Origin: the human T2T-CHM13v2.0 reference genome, Homo sapiens | Length of the DNA: 64,000 bases | Strand: one strand, 5' to 3' | Assembly (NCBI RefSeq): GCF_009914755.1 | Contig: NC_060929.1 | Part shown: piece by piece, positions 16,699 to 34,381 of the stretch | Position numbering within the stretch: position 1 is the stretch's first letter | Layout of the letters: every line of letters starts with the position of its first letter | Made by a program: the position numbers and the translations under genes | Notes under the pieces: model-generated | Database searches by the model: none | Told to the model about the DNA's origin: nothing | Seen by the model: only the letters and a program-made list of their open reading frames with translations

Positions 16699-18644
16699 CT
16701 TGGAAATACATTCTTATATACATTGTTTTCCCTTTCTTAAAACAAATGGTACCATACTATGCACACTTTTATACATCTTGTGTTTTTTTCACTAAATATA
16801 TTTTGAAGATAATTCTCTATCAGAATATAAGAAACTCCATTATCCTTTTTTGCATCTGCTTAGAATTAGGTGGTATGGATGTAGTATGCTTAATCAGTAT
16901 TTTATTAATTTATATCTATGTTATTTTCACTCTTGATATTACATAAAGTGTCGAAGTGAATAAGACTTGTATATATGTAATTTCATGGGTTTATCTATCC
17001 AGAGAGTAAATATGTATCCAAAAGAAGGCTAGAACAAAAAATATAGACCTTTGTAATTTTGATAAATATAGCAAATTTCCCTTCATGTGTATTGTATAAA
17101 TTTATACTACCACCAGCAGTTATCAGGTTTTTTAATCTTTGACAATATTATAGGTGAAAAACAGTATCTCATTACTTGAATTTATGTTTCTCTAATTGTG
17201 AATAGGATTCAGTATCTGCTCAGTTTCCAGAATCATTAGTATTTCCATTTCTGTGAACCAGTGTTTATAATCGTTGACGATTTTTTTCTATTATATTCTT
17301 AAATATGGACTTATCTACTGGTAGAAGGTCTTTCTATATAAGCAAAGTATTTTTAACCTCTGTTGTGAGTTGCAAATATTTATTTCAGTTTGTTATATTT
17401 TGACTTGATCAGAATGAACTTTATCAAATATTTTTATTTTATAAAATTCTAACTTATCACACATTTCTTCTTGACTACTGAGTTTTGTGTTAGACCTAGA
17501 TCTTTCCCATCTCATGACTATAAAAAATAATTCCCCAGAGTTTTCTAAGGCATTTTTATGGTTTTACATTTTATGCTCAAACCTTTAATCAATTGAGAAT
17601 ATGTTTTGCTGTAGCATTCTAATTACTCAAATTTTTCCCAGATGGCTACTCAATTGTTCCAATACCATTTATTGAATAATCCATCTTTTCTCCATTAATT
17701 TGAAATGACACCTTTATCATAGGCTATATTCCCATATGTATTTGAATCTATTTCTACACTTCTGTTCTGTTCTACTGATCTGCCTGTCTATTCATGTAAC
17801 TATACCAGAATGTTCTAATTGTTATAGCTTTATAACAAGAGTCCATAGCTAGTAGGGCTAATTTCCCCTCCTTTTGTCTTTTTATATCAAATTTTTTTCT
17901 GGCTCTGCTTGTTTGCTTGTTTTTCTATTTGAGCTTCAGAACCAGTTTGTATAGTTCCACAGAATAAATCCTTTTGATATTTTTATTGGGATTATTTAAA
18001 GTTTATAGATTGTAGAATATTGACATATTTCTGATTTTGATCCTTTCTATCCAAAATCAATTACAGTATACCTTTTCATTTGTAAGTCTTCTTTTACTAG
18101 TCTTCAGTGCTAGTCTTTTACTAGTATTTACATTTTTTCTTTATAGAAATCATGCATATTCTCTTTCCAGGTGTTTTAACCTAATTGCATTGACTAGAAT
18201 CTCTTAGAACTTGCTACATAAGAGCAAGGACGTCTTGGTCTTGTTCTTAATTTTAATGGGAATGTTTATAACATTTTCCTGTTAAGAGCCATGCTGTGTT
18301 TGTGGTATACATGTACATATTTACACTACCACCAGCAGCTATCAGGTTTTTTAATCTTTGGCAATATTATAGGCAAAAACCAGTATCTCATTTACTTGAA
18401 TTTATGTTTTTCTACATAAATCTATGTAAACTCTGCATAGAAAGAAACATAAATCTATCCATTGAGAGATTTTTTTAAAATCAGAAATGAAAATTGAACT
18501 TTATTAAATGTTTTTTAGCTTCCATGAACACTATATTATTTTTCAATTTTACCTATTGCAGCAAATTTTAGTCATATATTTTTGTAACAATGAATAATTC
18601 TTACATTCCTGGAATAAACTTCATCATGCTGTATTCATTTCATA

Positions 18645-18783
18645 TAGAGAGAGAGAGAGTGAGAGAGAGAGATGGGGTCTCACTGTGTTGCCCAGGTTGG
18701 TCTCAAACACCTGGGCTCAAGCAATCCTCCTGCCTTGGCCCCCCAAAGTAATGGGATTACAGGTATAAGCCACCACGCCTGGC
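18645..18783 (-). mobile_element. Alu monomer (FLAM_C-like) with (GA)n-converted tail
   Basis: Left-arm sequence only, preceded by (GA)n. Confidence 0.85.
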
Positions 18784-18949
18784 ATGTATTAATTTTTTAA
18801 TATGCTGCTGAATGCCATTTGCTAGTTTTTAATTTGGGATTTTACATCAGTATTCATAAATGAAACTGATAGTCCAAACTTTTGTTCAATCTTTGCTGGA
18901 TTTTGAAATCAGTGCTAGTTTCATTCTAAAATGTTTTGCAAACTTACCT

Positions 18950-18985
18950 GTGTTTGTGTGCGCACGTGTGTGTGTGTGTGTGTGT
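18950..18985. repeat. Imperfect (TG)n microsatellite
   Basis: TG run with a gcgcac interruption. Confidence 0.9.
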
Positions 18986-19652
18986 AAGAACAGTTTAAAT
19001 TGTATTACAGTTCTCTCACCCTTAAAGATTTCATAGAATTCCCCTGTGACTCCATCAAGCCTAGTGATTCTTAGGAGGAAATTGTTTTATCCATTTATTT
19101 TTCCCATCATAAATGGTAAGATGACATTTTTATCTCTCCAGGTCAATTCTGGTCATTTATATTTTTCTATAAAGTTATACATTGCATCTGGATTCTCACA
19201 TTTATTTCTATAAATGTGAACACAAAGTCTTGTGAATTCCTTTTTTTCTGTATATGAGGCTCTTTTACTATTGTAATTTTACAATTACAATATATGTTTT
19301 CTTGCTTTTTTCTTATTTAAGTAAGCTAGATTCTCTTTAAATTTTTTTCCCCACAGAACCAGCTGTTGGACTTGTTATACATATGTTATCCACTTTAAAA
19401 TTTATTAATTTGTTTTATCCTTATTTTTATTTTTCTGCTTTCTTTAGCTTTGTTTCACTTTTATAATCTATTAAAATTGGGTGCTTTACTCAGCCGTTTT
19501 CATCCTTTATTATTACTATAAAATTTCCTCTAAGTACTATATAAAAAAACCTGTATCCTGATGAACCTCTTATGTTTTGTTTTCATTATCATTATTTTCT
19601 AGATAACTGGCACTCTCAGTTTTGATAATCTCTTTGGCTTAAAAAGTTAAAC

Positions 19653-19948
19653 TTTTTTGGTTTTCTGAGGCATTCTCACTCTGTCACTCAGGCTGAAGTG
19701 CAGTGGCACAATCACGGCTCACTAAAGCCTCAATCTTCCCAGACTCAGGTGATCCTCACACCTCAGCCTCCTAAGTAGCTGGGATTACAGGTGCACACCG
19801 CCACACATGGCTAATTTTTGTATTTTTTTTGTAGAAATGGGATTTCTCCATGTTGCCCAGGCTGGTCTTGAACTCATGGGCTCATGTGACCCTCTACCTT
19901 GGCCTTCCAAAGTGCTGGGTTTACAGGCATGAGCCACTGCACCCAGCC
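19653..19948 (-). mobile_element. AluJ
   Basis: Diverged dimeric Alu; TSD aaaaagtta. Confidence 0.92.
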
Positions 19949-20056
19949 AAAAAGTTAGTGTTTAAGAGAAGGTTATTCTTTCTCAGCTGTTATTTTTGTT
20001 TGGTTTCATGATTTTAATTTATGCACAGTGAATAGAATATGTTAAAACTGTTTCTA

Positions 20057-20377
<321 letters not shown>

Positions 20378-22375
20378 TGAAATGTATTCAGGTGTACCTT
20401 ATACCCTGAAATTTGGTCAATTTTTATAAATGTTTCATAGATACAAAAGAGTGAATTTATCCTCAGTTTTCATTATACACAGGTTAGATACTTATATCAG
20501 TATAATCTCCCTCAATATTTTAATATAGGTTTTATTTCCTTATTTACTTTGACCATTTGTTCTTTCATAAATAACTAAACTTCCTCCTCCCCACTGAACT
20601 GTATGAATAATTTTTCTGTTTTTCCTAATGTTTGCCTTAATACCTTTATAATTCTATTTATATTACTTGAGTTATTAGCTTTTTAAATGATCTCTATTTT
20701 TTTAATGAGAAAATTTGGCACAACTTTACTATCTGCAGCTTTTTAATCACCTTTCTCCACCAGTTATTATTATGCACATTATTTCTACATTTTCAGGTTT
20801 TATATTTATATTCTATTGATCATCTCCATTTATTTTTATTTCTTCATTCACCTACTGGTTAGCTAAAATTCTTCTGCCAATATCTTCAGAAAGGGATCAT
20901 ATGAAGAAAAATCTCTTATTTTTTCATGTTAAGAAATATTTTGTTGTTGCTGCTGTTTTTTATATGTAAATGACAATATGTCCAGATATAATATTCCTGA
21001 CTCACACATTCTTTCCTTCAGTGTTTTAAAAGTATTACTCCACTTTCTGCCAACATTGAATATTGCTGTGAAGAAGTCTGAGGCCATCACTGTTTTCTCC
21101 TCTTATAGTGACTTTATCTTTTTACCTATGTGCCCCCAAAATTCTTTAGCTTTAAATCTAGAAACTGTATAAGGAGATTTTAATATGACTGTTCTATGCC
21201 AATTTTTTCCTGAAACATGCCCTTATAATTTCTGGAATCCAGTCTTGAAAGTTTTCTTGAATTACATTTTTATCTTGTTCTCCACTTAAAAGGCATCAAT
21301 TATACATATTTTGGATCTCCTTTGCCTTTATTCCGTGTCTATCATTCTTCCTTTACTTTATAGCAATATGCTGAATCACAGTTTTAATTGGTACTGTAAT
21401 AATATTTTGATGACAAGTATTTTTCCTATCCAACATTATTTTTTCTTGTTTCTTTCCAACTGTTTTCCTTGTTGTATATCTATATAGATCCTGTGGTCAT
21501 TCCTCTATAATTATTTATTATTATTATTACTGCAATTCACCTTTGGGTAAGATGAGTAATTATTGGGTCAGCTGTTCATAGTCAGTTTGTTTTAAGGAAT
21601 GGCTTATAACCTTGTTCCAAGGTAAATAATTCTCACAAAACAGGGCTGTGTATATGAATGTGATTGTTGAATCATTTCTTCATCTCAGCTAACAAAAAAA
21701 TTACACTGTATTACTTACCAAGTAAACCAAGAATGGCTTCTTTCCAGTCTCAACAATAGACCAGTTATAGTCAATATGAGCTATTTGTTTAATTCCTTTT
21801 CAATCTGGACTTCTCAGCTTCTCAATATCTCATTCCACATGTAATCAGGAAATCTTTATCTGCCAGCTCCTCACCCTATTGCCATTGTTACAGATAAAGA
21901 ATTATTGGTTTACGCCTCAGGCTTTACCACTTATTTTAAAGATGTGTGCTTTGCTAGCTTTTTCTGAAATACACAGCTCAAAGCATCTTTTCTCTGTGTC
22001 TTCTTGAACTCCTGTTTGACCTTCACTGTTTTTGGCAGGGCTTCCTCTTATTTTATGGTTTTGGGTTTCAGATGCTTTTTATTTCATGGCAATGGAGCAT
22101 TTGTTTTTGTTGTTCATGATCTTTGTTGCTTTTAGATGATTCCCAAAAAATAAAAGAGAAGTTCTGATTTTGCTCCATACTTTAAAAGTATATATATAGC
22201 TGAAAAGTTTAAAAAGTATTGATCACACCCTCCACTGGGGAGTGTTTAATTTATTTCAGACTCTTGAAAAATCAACAAAGTTTATATTATATCTGCAGCC
22301 ATCTAAGCTGGCTGCAAGATCATGAATAGGTAAACACATTACCAATGTGTGTGTTAATCTTTTGGTCATTCTCAT

Positions 22376-22447
22376 ACACTCCCTACTTCTCATCATCCAC
22401 TAAAGATCAAGCACACACTCCCTACTTATCCACTAAAGATCAAGCAC
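22376..22447. repeat. Two-copy tandem duplication (39 and 33 bp)
   Basis: acactccctactt(ctcatc)atccactaaagatcaagcac twice; second copy lacks 6 bp. Confidence 0.9.
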
Positions 22448-22578
22448 TTGATGATAATAGCAAAAGTACCAGATTGAGGAAATAGGCTCACTGCCCCTAA
22501 AAATAGATAAATAAGTCCGCAGCAACTTCTTTCCACTCTTAATATTAGTATAAATCTATGTTCATTTCAATTGCATGA

Positions 22579-22914
<336 letters not shown>

Positions 22915-23949
22915 TAAATTGCATATCAAAAACTGAGCACACATGCATGAAACCACGCTGATAAAAATTTTTGAACACAGAAATTGTCAATATATAGACT
23001 TTATGAGAAACAAGAATTTCACCAAACTGAACAATCCTTGGAGGCTCCAACTTTGTTAGATAGCTTCTATAGAGCAGCTAAAAGTGTCTTTGCTTTTAGA
23101 TACTATTAAGATCCAGTTTTATTGAATTATAATCAGAAAATGTTAATTGTAATATTCTAATTTGAAGAACTTATCAAGACTAATATCTGATTAATATGAA
23201 ATTAGTATTTGTGAAATTTTCATCAATGTTCCATGGGCATTTAAAAAGAAGCTATATTCCCAATCATTGGTTCCTACATATAGGTCTTATTTACCATATT
23301 ATTTGCGTTACATTGGTCTCCTTTATTCTTATTTTTTCCTTCTTGTTTTAGTCCTTTTTCCCTGTATTTCCTGTTATTTCTGAATCATTAATGCTGTTGA
23401 TGTGTTAATTAGAGATAGATTTTTCTAGCTGATATCTTTCTTGTGAATTGCATCTTGTAGCATTAAGTGGACTTCTTCTTTGAAATGACTTGGGTCCCTA
23501 AATTTCACATTGTCTAAAATTAATATCACAACCACAGCTTTTTTTTCCCCTCCTAATTTGCTCCATTATGGTATACCTTTGCTCACTCTTTTAGTTTCAA
23601 ACACCCTTATAGCATTATTTTATATGCCCTTCATTGCTCCTCCTCCTCCTCTATACAATATCAAATTGGGTTTAGCTATATAATTTAGTTAAAAATATTT
23701 TTCAATTAATAGGTCAAGCTTGCTTACATTTATTGATATGGCAGATATGTTTACATTTAATACTGTCATTGCTATTTTACATTTTGTTCTCTGTTTTCTA
23801 CAGTTATTTAAAACTTATTTTATTATGTGGCCTGTTAATATCTATATGCTAATCTTAAATCACACTACTGAACTAGTCTTTTATTTAGTTAGTTCTCCTG
23901 AACTTCTAAATATATCATTTTAAACACAATTCTAAAATAATCATCAGTG

Positions 23950-26190
<2,241 letters not shown>

Positions 26191-26751
26191 AAGTAACCTT
26201 TCTTTTTGTTGGTATAAGTAGGGTTTATTGGTTATGAGAAAATTATCTTCAATGAGCCTTTCTATGTACAAACAAGGTATTCTTTTTCATTCAAGTTTTC
26301 TTTCATGTCTAACTTTAAGATTTCAAATTTTTCTTTGCATTGATCTTAAACATTTCCTGCTACATTTATTACTAAATATTTTATTTTTGATTGTGTTATA
26401 AATTGTACTTTTTTCCATTATACCTTCTAAATAATTATTGTTCACATATAGAGACATTACTGATTTTATTATACTAATTTTATACTCAGACATCTTTCTA
26501 AATTCTGTTAAGTTTTACAATAATTTTTCAGTTGAACTTTTTGGATTTTTTTCTCTTGTTCATTTGCATCAATTTGTACTTCTGGAACAGTGAGCATTGA
26601 ATTATTAAAGTGATAGGGAATTTCCTTGTTTTTTTAATAACTTTGATGGGGAATGTTACTTAAGTTTCAGCAAAAAAAAAGTCATTTTAATGAGCTTTCA
26701 GAACAAAGAACTTTGTAATACTTTGAAGATACATGGTCAGAATATGATAGA

Positions 26752-26921
26752 TCAAGCATTTACGAACTAAATTCACAGGCCAAATCCAGCTTATGTCTGT
26801 TTTTATAAATAAAGTTTTATTGAAATGCAGCCACACATGTATGTTTATGTACTGTCCATGGCTGCTTTCACTGAAAATATTTACTATCTGGTTATTTACC
26901 AAAAAATATTGTCCTCCCCAG
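26752..26921 (+). mobile_element. MER58A-like hAT element with internal deletion
   Basis: ggccaaatccagc...aaataaagttttattg...aaaatatttactatctgg. Confidence 0.8.
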
Positions 26922-26927
26922 TGTGAG

Positions 26928-27180
26928 AGACTATGCTTCAGTAACAATTCCAAAATATTGGTTGCTAAACACAACAAAAGTTTATGTCTTGCTTAAACTA
27001 CCTATCCAACATATGTGGACAGGGGCTTGTGTTCCAACAATCACATCAGGACTTGGCTGATGAACTCTCACCATCTTGTAGCTCTACCATCTGAAACACA
27101 CCCTCTTCTAGGACACACATCACTTCCATCCATGTCCCATTGGCCTAAACATATCATATAGTATCACACTTGGAACTGTA
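26928..27180 (-). mobile_element. Old MaLR LTR fragment (MLT1K/L-like)
   Basis: tatgcttcagtaacaa...acaacaaaagtttat...catcacttccatccatgtcccattggcc. Confidence 0.55.
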
Positions 27181-28129
27181 AGGACTAGACAAATAAAACA
27201 AGCTGTTATCTTTACTCTTGGGAGTTTATAGTCTAATAACAAAGAAATGAGGGGAATGACTGATAAATAATCAGCTAAGTCCTAGTGGGTTTCATCGAAG
27301 AGAGCAAAGTTCCATGAGGAGGCAACAGCAGGAAGGGAGTGATCATATCTGTTTCAGAATATGAGCAAGGGCTTGAGCTGAAGTGGTACTCAAGACCTAC
27401 AAAACAGAGATTTAAAGTGGAGGGTGTCTAAAGAGAAGGGGGTACTGTGAATAAAGAGACAGAGGCCAGAATACTAGAGGTGCTCAGGCAATAACAGAGT
27501 CTAGTTGGATTAAAATATATGGTATATTTAGGAGAATAGTAGGAAGCATGGTTGCAAGTATGGGGCCATATTGGGAGGATCTTGAATATGTTGAATATGA
27601 AGTCTTTTGCCCAGAGGTTACAAGTGTGAAGGTGCAGACTCTTCAGTGTAAATAGGTTTATCCTGAGCACTCAGCACAGTGCTTGGCATGTGCATGAGTC
27701 TAGTAAATGTTTATTAAGCAGATAAAAGAATAGATGAATTTCCAAATTTTCTCTTATTATTTTAGAATATGCTGATAACAGCACAACAAAAATGTCAGTG
27801 AAGATTGATAATGCTGATGACTCTGATCTTACAAAGAAACATTTTCAATAAACAATCTAGGCATGTTGGCATTCTGCAAATAAATAGGGCAAAAGTAAGT
27901 ATTTTGTCCATCTTCCTGCCTTTAATCAAGTTTCAGTCTAAGTACTAAGACTGTGAAATCAGTTTCACAGTACCCCCCAACAAAGCTCCTTTATTCCCTG
28001 CTCCAATTATCACAAACTGACAAGATCTCATCCCATTGACTTTCTACTAGGTAGTCTTATATTTATTCACCTTAAAGTTACTTTTTCTGAAAGGAAATTA
28101 TAAATCATGAAAGAATCACTTAAGCTGAT

Positions 28130-29010
28130 TTTTAAAAATCATTTCTTATAGCATAGACCAAAATAAATTCCAGATAGATTAAGAGTAAACTGCTTAAAAA
28201 TTCAAATCATAGAAAAAATGAAATCAGATAGCTATCAAACATCTGATGAGAAGATGACTTTGTAAGCTTAGAAGCATTAGAAGATGCTTGAAAAGGGAAA
28301 ATTCAACAGACTTACTACTAATTCCTAATGACAATAAATGAATAAAAAGCAAATGTTAAAAGAACTCATGGACTAAAATAAATTTGTAACATATATAATG
28401 TACAGAGTTGATATTTTTAAAGTAAAAAAGAATTTAAACCAATTGTTACAAGAAATACTAAGCTGTCTCAATCGACAAAGGAAAGGTCTGTCCATGACAG
28501 AAAAAAACTACAGAAAATCTAGAAAGATGGCCAGTCTCACTAGTAATAAAGTGAAAACTAAAAATAAATTAAGAGACTACTGGGAAAGTTATCAAAACAA
28601 AAATTATAAACTATCCAGTGCTGGAGAAGATATAGTAATAGTTGCACTTATTTCTGTAGCTGTGAGGATTGTAATTGGTGCAGCTCTTTAGGAAAGAAAT
28701 TTGACAATAGGTATTAAGAAGCATAAAAATGTAGTTAGTGTTTTATTCAGTAATTTTACTTCTGGGAACCTGTCCTAAGGAAACAATCCAAAATATGGGG
28801 AAAAATTTATTTACCAAGACATTTATCATGGCATTATTTGTAATTACAAAAATAAAAACTATCCAAATGTCCAATAAGGGAATAGTTAAGTAAATTATAA
28901 TGTGTCATTTGAGAGATTTTATGTGGCCATTAAAATTATAGTTGAAAAGAATCTAAATGGAAAAATGCTTATGCTATAAGAAATATTCAAAATATCATGT
29001 ATACTAAGAT
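28130..29010 (+). mobile_element. Old L1ME 3' remnant
   Basis: aaataaattccagatagattaa; attggtgcagc; ccaaatgtccaataaggg motifs. Confidence 0.65.
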
Positions 29011-29664
29011 AGCAAGTAACCACAGTCATTGCATAAATGGTAACATACAGGTGTTTTAAAATCCCACCCCCGCCCCACCACTGTGAGAAAAATTATTGGT
29101 TATTACAGTTACCCACCTTAAATGGCCAAGTGATCAATTCCTTTCTTAGTGTAGACATGGCAGAAAACTTCCATTCACATGACACTGTATCACTCACGGA
29201 CTGTTTTAAAGCGCAATCCACCCTGTCCATTGATGCTGGAATTCTTCTCCCCACTGCTGCACAAGCCATTGTCTCACTGCTGTGCGTTAGATTCATGTGA
29301 AGGAAGGTCAGAGTCAGTCTGCCCTTCTGTCAGACTCAGATTCTTACCTGGCCACAGTGAGGTGGTGGAGAAGCAATTGTCTCAGGATAGGAAAGAAACT
29401 AACTGGAGGGTCTCTCCCCTTTATGATGACCTTCTCACAACACCACTACCACAGAGGAAGGAAGGTGAATGCCTGCACCCAAATTATCCTAAGTACTAAG
29501 AATGTATCTGAGACATGTCACCACCTATGTTGTAAGCTACACATTACACCATGAAAAGGCTACGGTAAGGTAGGCAGTCCTCGGCCTTCCCTAAGACCAC
29601 ACTCTATAGGTAGTATATCTATGGTGTAGTTCTACTGCTATGTAATTATCTTGAAAATGAACTA

Positions 29665-29906
29665 GAATAAATAATTTAGCTAAGCTTAAAGTGTTTACCT
29701 TGGGCCTGGCCCTATGTGCTCAATATGTATTAACTCATTGAACAACAGTCCTACAAAGTATGTGCTGTTATCATTCTAATTTTGCAGATGAGAAAACTGA
29801 GATACGAAGAGGTTAGATACCTTTCCCAAGGGCACTCGGCCAGCAGGTGGTGAGATCGGGAATGCGATCAGCACTGTAACACCATAGCCTGTATTCTCAA
29901 CCACTG
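29665..29906 (-). mobile_element. MIR SINE
   Basis: attttgcagatgagaaaactgag core. Confidence 0.8.
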
Positions 29907-30047
29907 TTTAATAAATGCCTCTGAGAGCCTAGTTTCTACTATTTAATCCATTTTGATGCTCATTTCTTAGGCTTCTATGAGTTCTAATTATTGACCAGTA
30001 AAGAAAACCATGAATCCCACTTGCATCCTCTCATTATGAAAGGTATC

Positions 30048-30444
30048 TCTTATGGATTGAATTGTGTTCCCCAAAAATTCCTGTGTTGAAGCCTTAATTC
30101 TCAGTTCCTTAGAATGTGACCTTACTTGGAGGTCAAATCTTTACAGACATAATTAAGCTAAAATGAGGTTATTAGGATGCTAATCCAATATGACTGTTGC
30201 CCCTATAAAAAGGGAAAATTTGGAGACAGACACATACATGCAGGAAGAATACCATGTGAAGATGAAGGCAGAGATCAAGATGATGCTTCTACAAGCCAAG
30301 GAACAGCAAAGAGTGCCAGGAAACCACCAGAAGCTAGGTGAGAGGCCTATTCTCTCTCTCAGTCCTCAGAAGGAACAAACCCTGCTGACACCTTGATCTT
30401 AGACTTATAGTTCGTGGTTGGAGGAGCCGTAGGAAACCAGTACA
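30048..30444 (+). mobile_element. MLT1C-like MaLR solo LTR with internal deletion
   Basis: catgtgaagatgaaggcagagat...ccaccagaagctagg; 5-bp TSD gtatc. Confidence 0.88.
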
Positions 30445-30853
30445 GTATCTTTCCTCTTCCTGTTATCATTGTCTATCTACACAATGAAAATTATTTTGTT
30501 CAACCAATCAGATGAAACTAAAGTGGAAGGTAGGGATCATGTAAAAAGTAGAGATCTGGGATAGAATAATTTAGGGCAGTAATGTTAAAACATTTAATGA
30601 AGGCTTAAGATTCCACATAGTTACCTGAAAAGATTCCATGAGGTTAAAGAAGGCACAGAGAGCAGGGTTCTTGTGTCCAACCCCTCCAGATAAATCCCGC
30701 CTTTAGTGAGAGCCAGGCTACTTTTCTCTGTTGTACAATTTGTGTTTAAACTAAGATTTTTGTTTGAAGAAAAATTTCCATTGCATTTTTGAAGGTTAAG
30801 AATATTTAAAAACTGAACTTGTTTCATTTCTTCACTTGATGTAATTTTATTGA

Positions 30854-31207
<354 letters not shown>

Positions 31208-31379
31208 TAACATTATGGCCCCCAGGTAGCCTGTGTTTTAAAACACTGGGTCAACAAAAACAACAAAAATAAATTATTAGGTAATCATTGACTAATTAGC
31301 TCATTTTTATGAATCAAAACATGTAATAGCCAATCAAAATATATTTACCAACAAAGCTATAAACATTCCCTAATAATGC

Positions 31380-31900
31380 CATTGTCCAAAGATGACTTTT
31401 GGAATTGCCTTCAGTATCTGCAACATTTTCTTTTGAACATCTTCAAAGGCAGTAAATCACTTTGGGCAAGTTACTTAACTTCTTTGTGCCTAAATTTCCT
31501 CATAGCAAAATGGTGATAATAATAGTATCTACCTCAATGGGTTTTTGTGAGGATTAAATGAGAAAACCTATCAATAGTTCTTAGCACAGTGATTGTACCC
31601 AGGAAATGTTCAGCAAATGATGTTAGTATTATTAGTAATACAACTAGAATTGTCACAATTCTTGGAGGATGTGTAATTTTATTGGAGTGTTGCAAAGCTT
31701 TTGAAAATAAACCTTAAATCAGATGGGTGATACATACTGGGTAAAAAAAACTTTAAATCAGCAGCAAGAGGGAACTACAGGGCAAGGAATGGTATTTGTG
31801 TAGTCTATAAACTGGTATTTTTTATAGTCTCAAATATGTGTGAAATAATCTCTGCATCCTTAAAATATGCACTGTCTCCCTAATGTGACTACTTTGAAAG
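31380..31900. mobile_element. Possible MARNA-like mariner remnant split by a MIR
   Basis: tttggaattgccttcag and gtgactactttgaa resemble recalled MARNA segments; weak. Confidence 0.35.
31460..31638 (+). mobile_element. MIR SINE
   Basis: ttgggcaagttacttaacttct...gtgaggattaaatgaga...cttagcacagtg. Confidence 0.88.
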
Positions 31901-33049
31901 AAAAAAACAGAGGCTTCTTTCAATGGAAGCTCCATGGAAATGAGTGGTTTCACCATCAGCCATTGTTTTCAGCATCATGCCTGGTTAAATCTCACAGGAG
32001 TTGACAAACACAAAGATGGCATGTGCAAATTGAAATAATACAAACAAGCACCTGTGCACTCATGCTTTGTAACTCTCTCTAATTTTATCTCCTCCACGTG
32101 CTGCTTGTCTGTCTCTGAGCCTTCGTGGAAAGGGAAAAGGGGAATTTTTAGAATGTTCATACTCTGTGTTATTCATGTTTGTATTATTACACATTTAAAA
32201 CTAAGACTCTAAATTATTTACTGTAACATAGAACATGGATGGGTTTTTTTTTCCCCACTCTTTAACTTACTACTGGTGGTACAAGTTTCAACTCTTCAAT
32301 TCTAGTTAAATTCTAGAAGCACTTATGGAGTGTCTGTTACATGTAGGGCCCTGTCCTTGTAAACATGGTTCACATCACCAAGAAGCTTCCTGTCAAATGG
32401 GACAGACGAGATTTTAAATCCACATGAACCAAATCATGATACCAGGCAACTTGTGGTTAACAGCAAAATCTCAGGAACAGGTAATTGTTTTGGGATATCA
32501 GAGGAAGAGTCTGGGAAAATATCATGGGAAAAGTAGGATTAGATGAGGTTTAAATTTAATTTTCTGATTGCAATAGAGAGACAGTTGTCCATTCATTCAA
32601 CACTTGTTCTTGAGTGGCCATTATTTGCCAAGAAGATCTTTATGCAAAAATGAAAAAGCACCTTCCCTAACCTGAAGGAAATTTAGAACCTGGCTATACC
32701 ATATAGAAAAATTGACACAAAAATAACTATGCTACAGAGTAAGATGTAAAATTTGCTATGCGTTGAAATTGTTAGAAGATAAAAATAATTTTATATACAT
32801 GTATCACAGCTAAAGGTTCAAAAAGATAGACACCAAACTGTTAACTGAGAAATGTTTACCTTTTAATCTAAATGCTGTGAATTACTTAACTATTTTTCCA
32901 ATGGACATATATTAATGTATTATGTAGATCATTTTCATAAGGTAATATAGGAAGTACTTTGATAAAAAGAAAATTCTGACTTTGGGAATTCTGGGAGGTT
33001 GCACAGGGAGATAGCTTTTGAGTTTCATCCTGAAGGATGGCTGAGGTTA

Positions 33050-33275
33050 GAATAGTAACAATGGCCAGCACTTACTGAATATATGTTGTACACTGGACTT
33101 TATGCTAAAAGATTTATAAATAGGTAAACATTAAAAACAAAACCATTTAAGTTATTTTATCCTTATTTCTACAGATCACAAATCTGAGACATAAAAGAGT
33201 TCCCACATTGAGTGACAGAGCTGAAGTTTAAACACAGGTTGTCTAGCTCCAGAATCAGTGCATATAACTACATTA
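33050..33275 (-). mobile_element. MIR SINE
   Basis: agcacttactgaat...tttctacagat...gtgacagagctgaagtttaaac. Confidence 0.7.
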
Positions 33276-33831
33276 AAGAGCTTCAAGTGGAAATGTAGGG
33301 CAAAATTCTCTAGCTTTAGAGAATGGAATCAACTAAAGACAAGGATGTGAAATAGCAAGATATGTGTGGGGAACACTAAGCATCTTTGTGTATGAACTAT
33401 TTTTCATTTGTAAACCTTTCCTTACATGGAGTAGAGCTCCTCCATAAATGGCTAGGAATATCTTGATAAGTTACAATTGTTCTTAACTAGCCTCCCTGCC
33501 TCTAATATTTTACCCTTCTAAGATGTCTTGCACATTAACGCCAAATAAATATTCCTGGCTGGGCAGTTATTTGCCCACTTAAATATATCAATGAATCCCC
33601 ATAATGTGTAGAATCATTTCCAAACTCTTTAATATGTGGATCAAATTACTGTAGTATCTGAGCCCAACAGATTTAGTAAGTTCCCACCATCCTTTATACT
33701 ACAAATAGGAAGTTCCAGGTTTATTTTTTAAGCCACATTCGTTAAGGGTTATATTTATTTTCTTGTTGAAGAAGAACAGAAGATCAATATCAGAACTGGA
33801 GCTTTTATAACCAAATAACCAAGCACAGTAA

Positions 33832-34156
<325 letters not shown>

Positions 34157-34381
34157 CCAATTGAGTTTTTCTATGATGAGTACAAACTTATATTTTCAAA
34201 ACCAAAAGTGATACTTTTAGTGTCAAAGACAGAGAAAATATCAAAATTACAGACAATAAGTTGTGCTCATCATAAGAAAAAGAGGCTTAAAGTCATATTT
34301 CCAAGTTTATATAACCAGCTACAAAGTTGATACCAATTCTTACACTCAGTGACAAGTTTTTGCAAATTCCTATACAAATAT

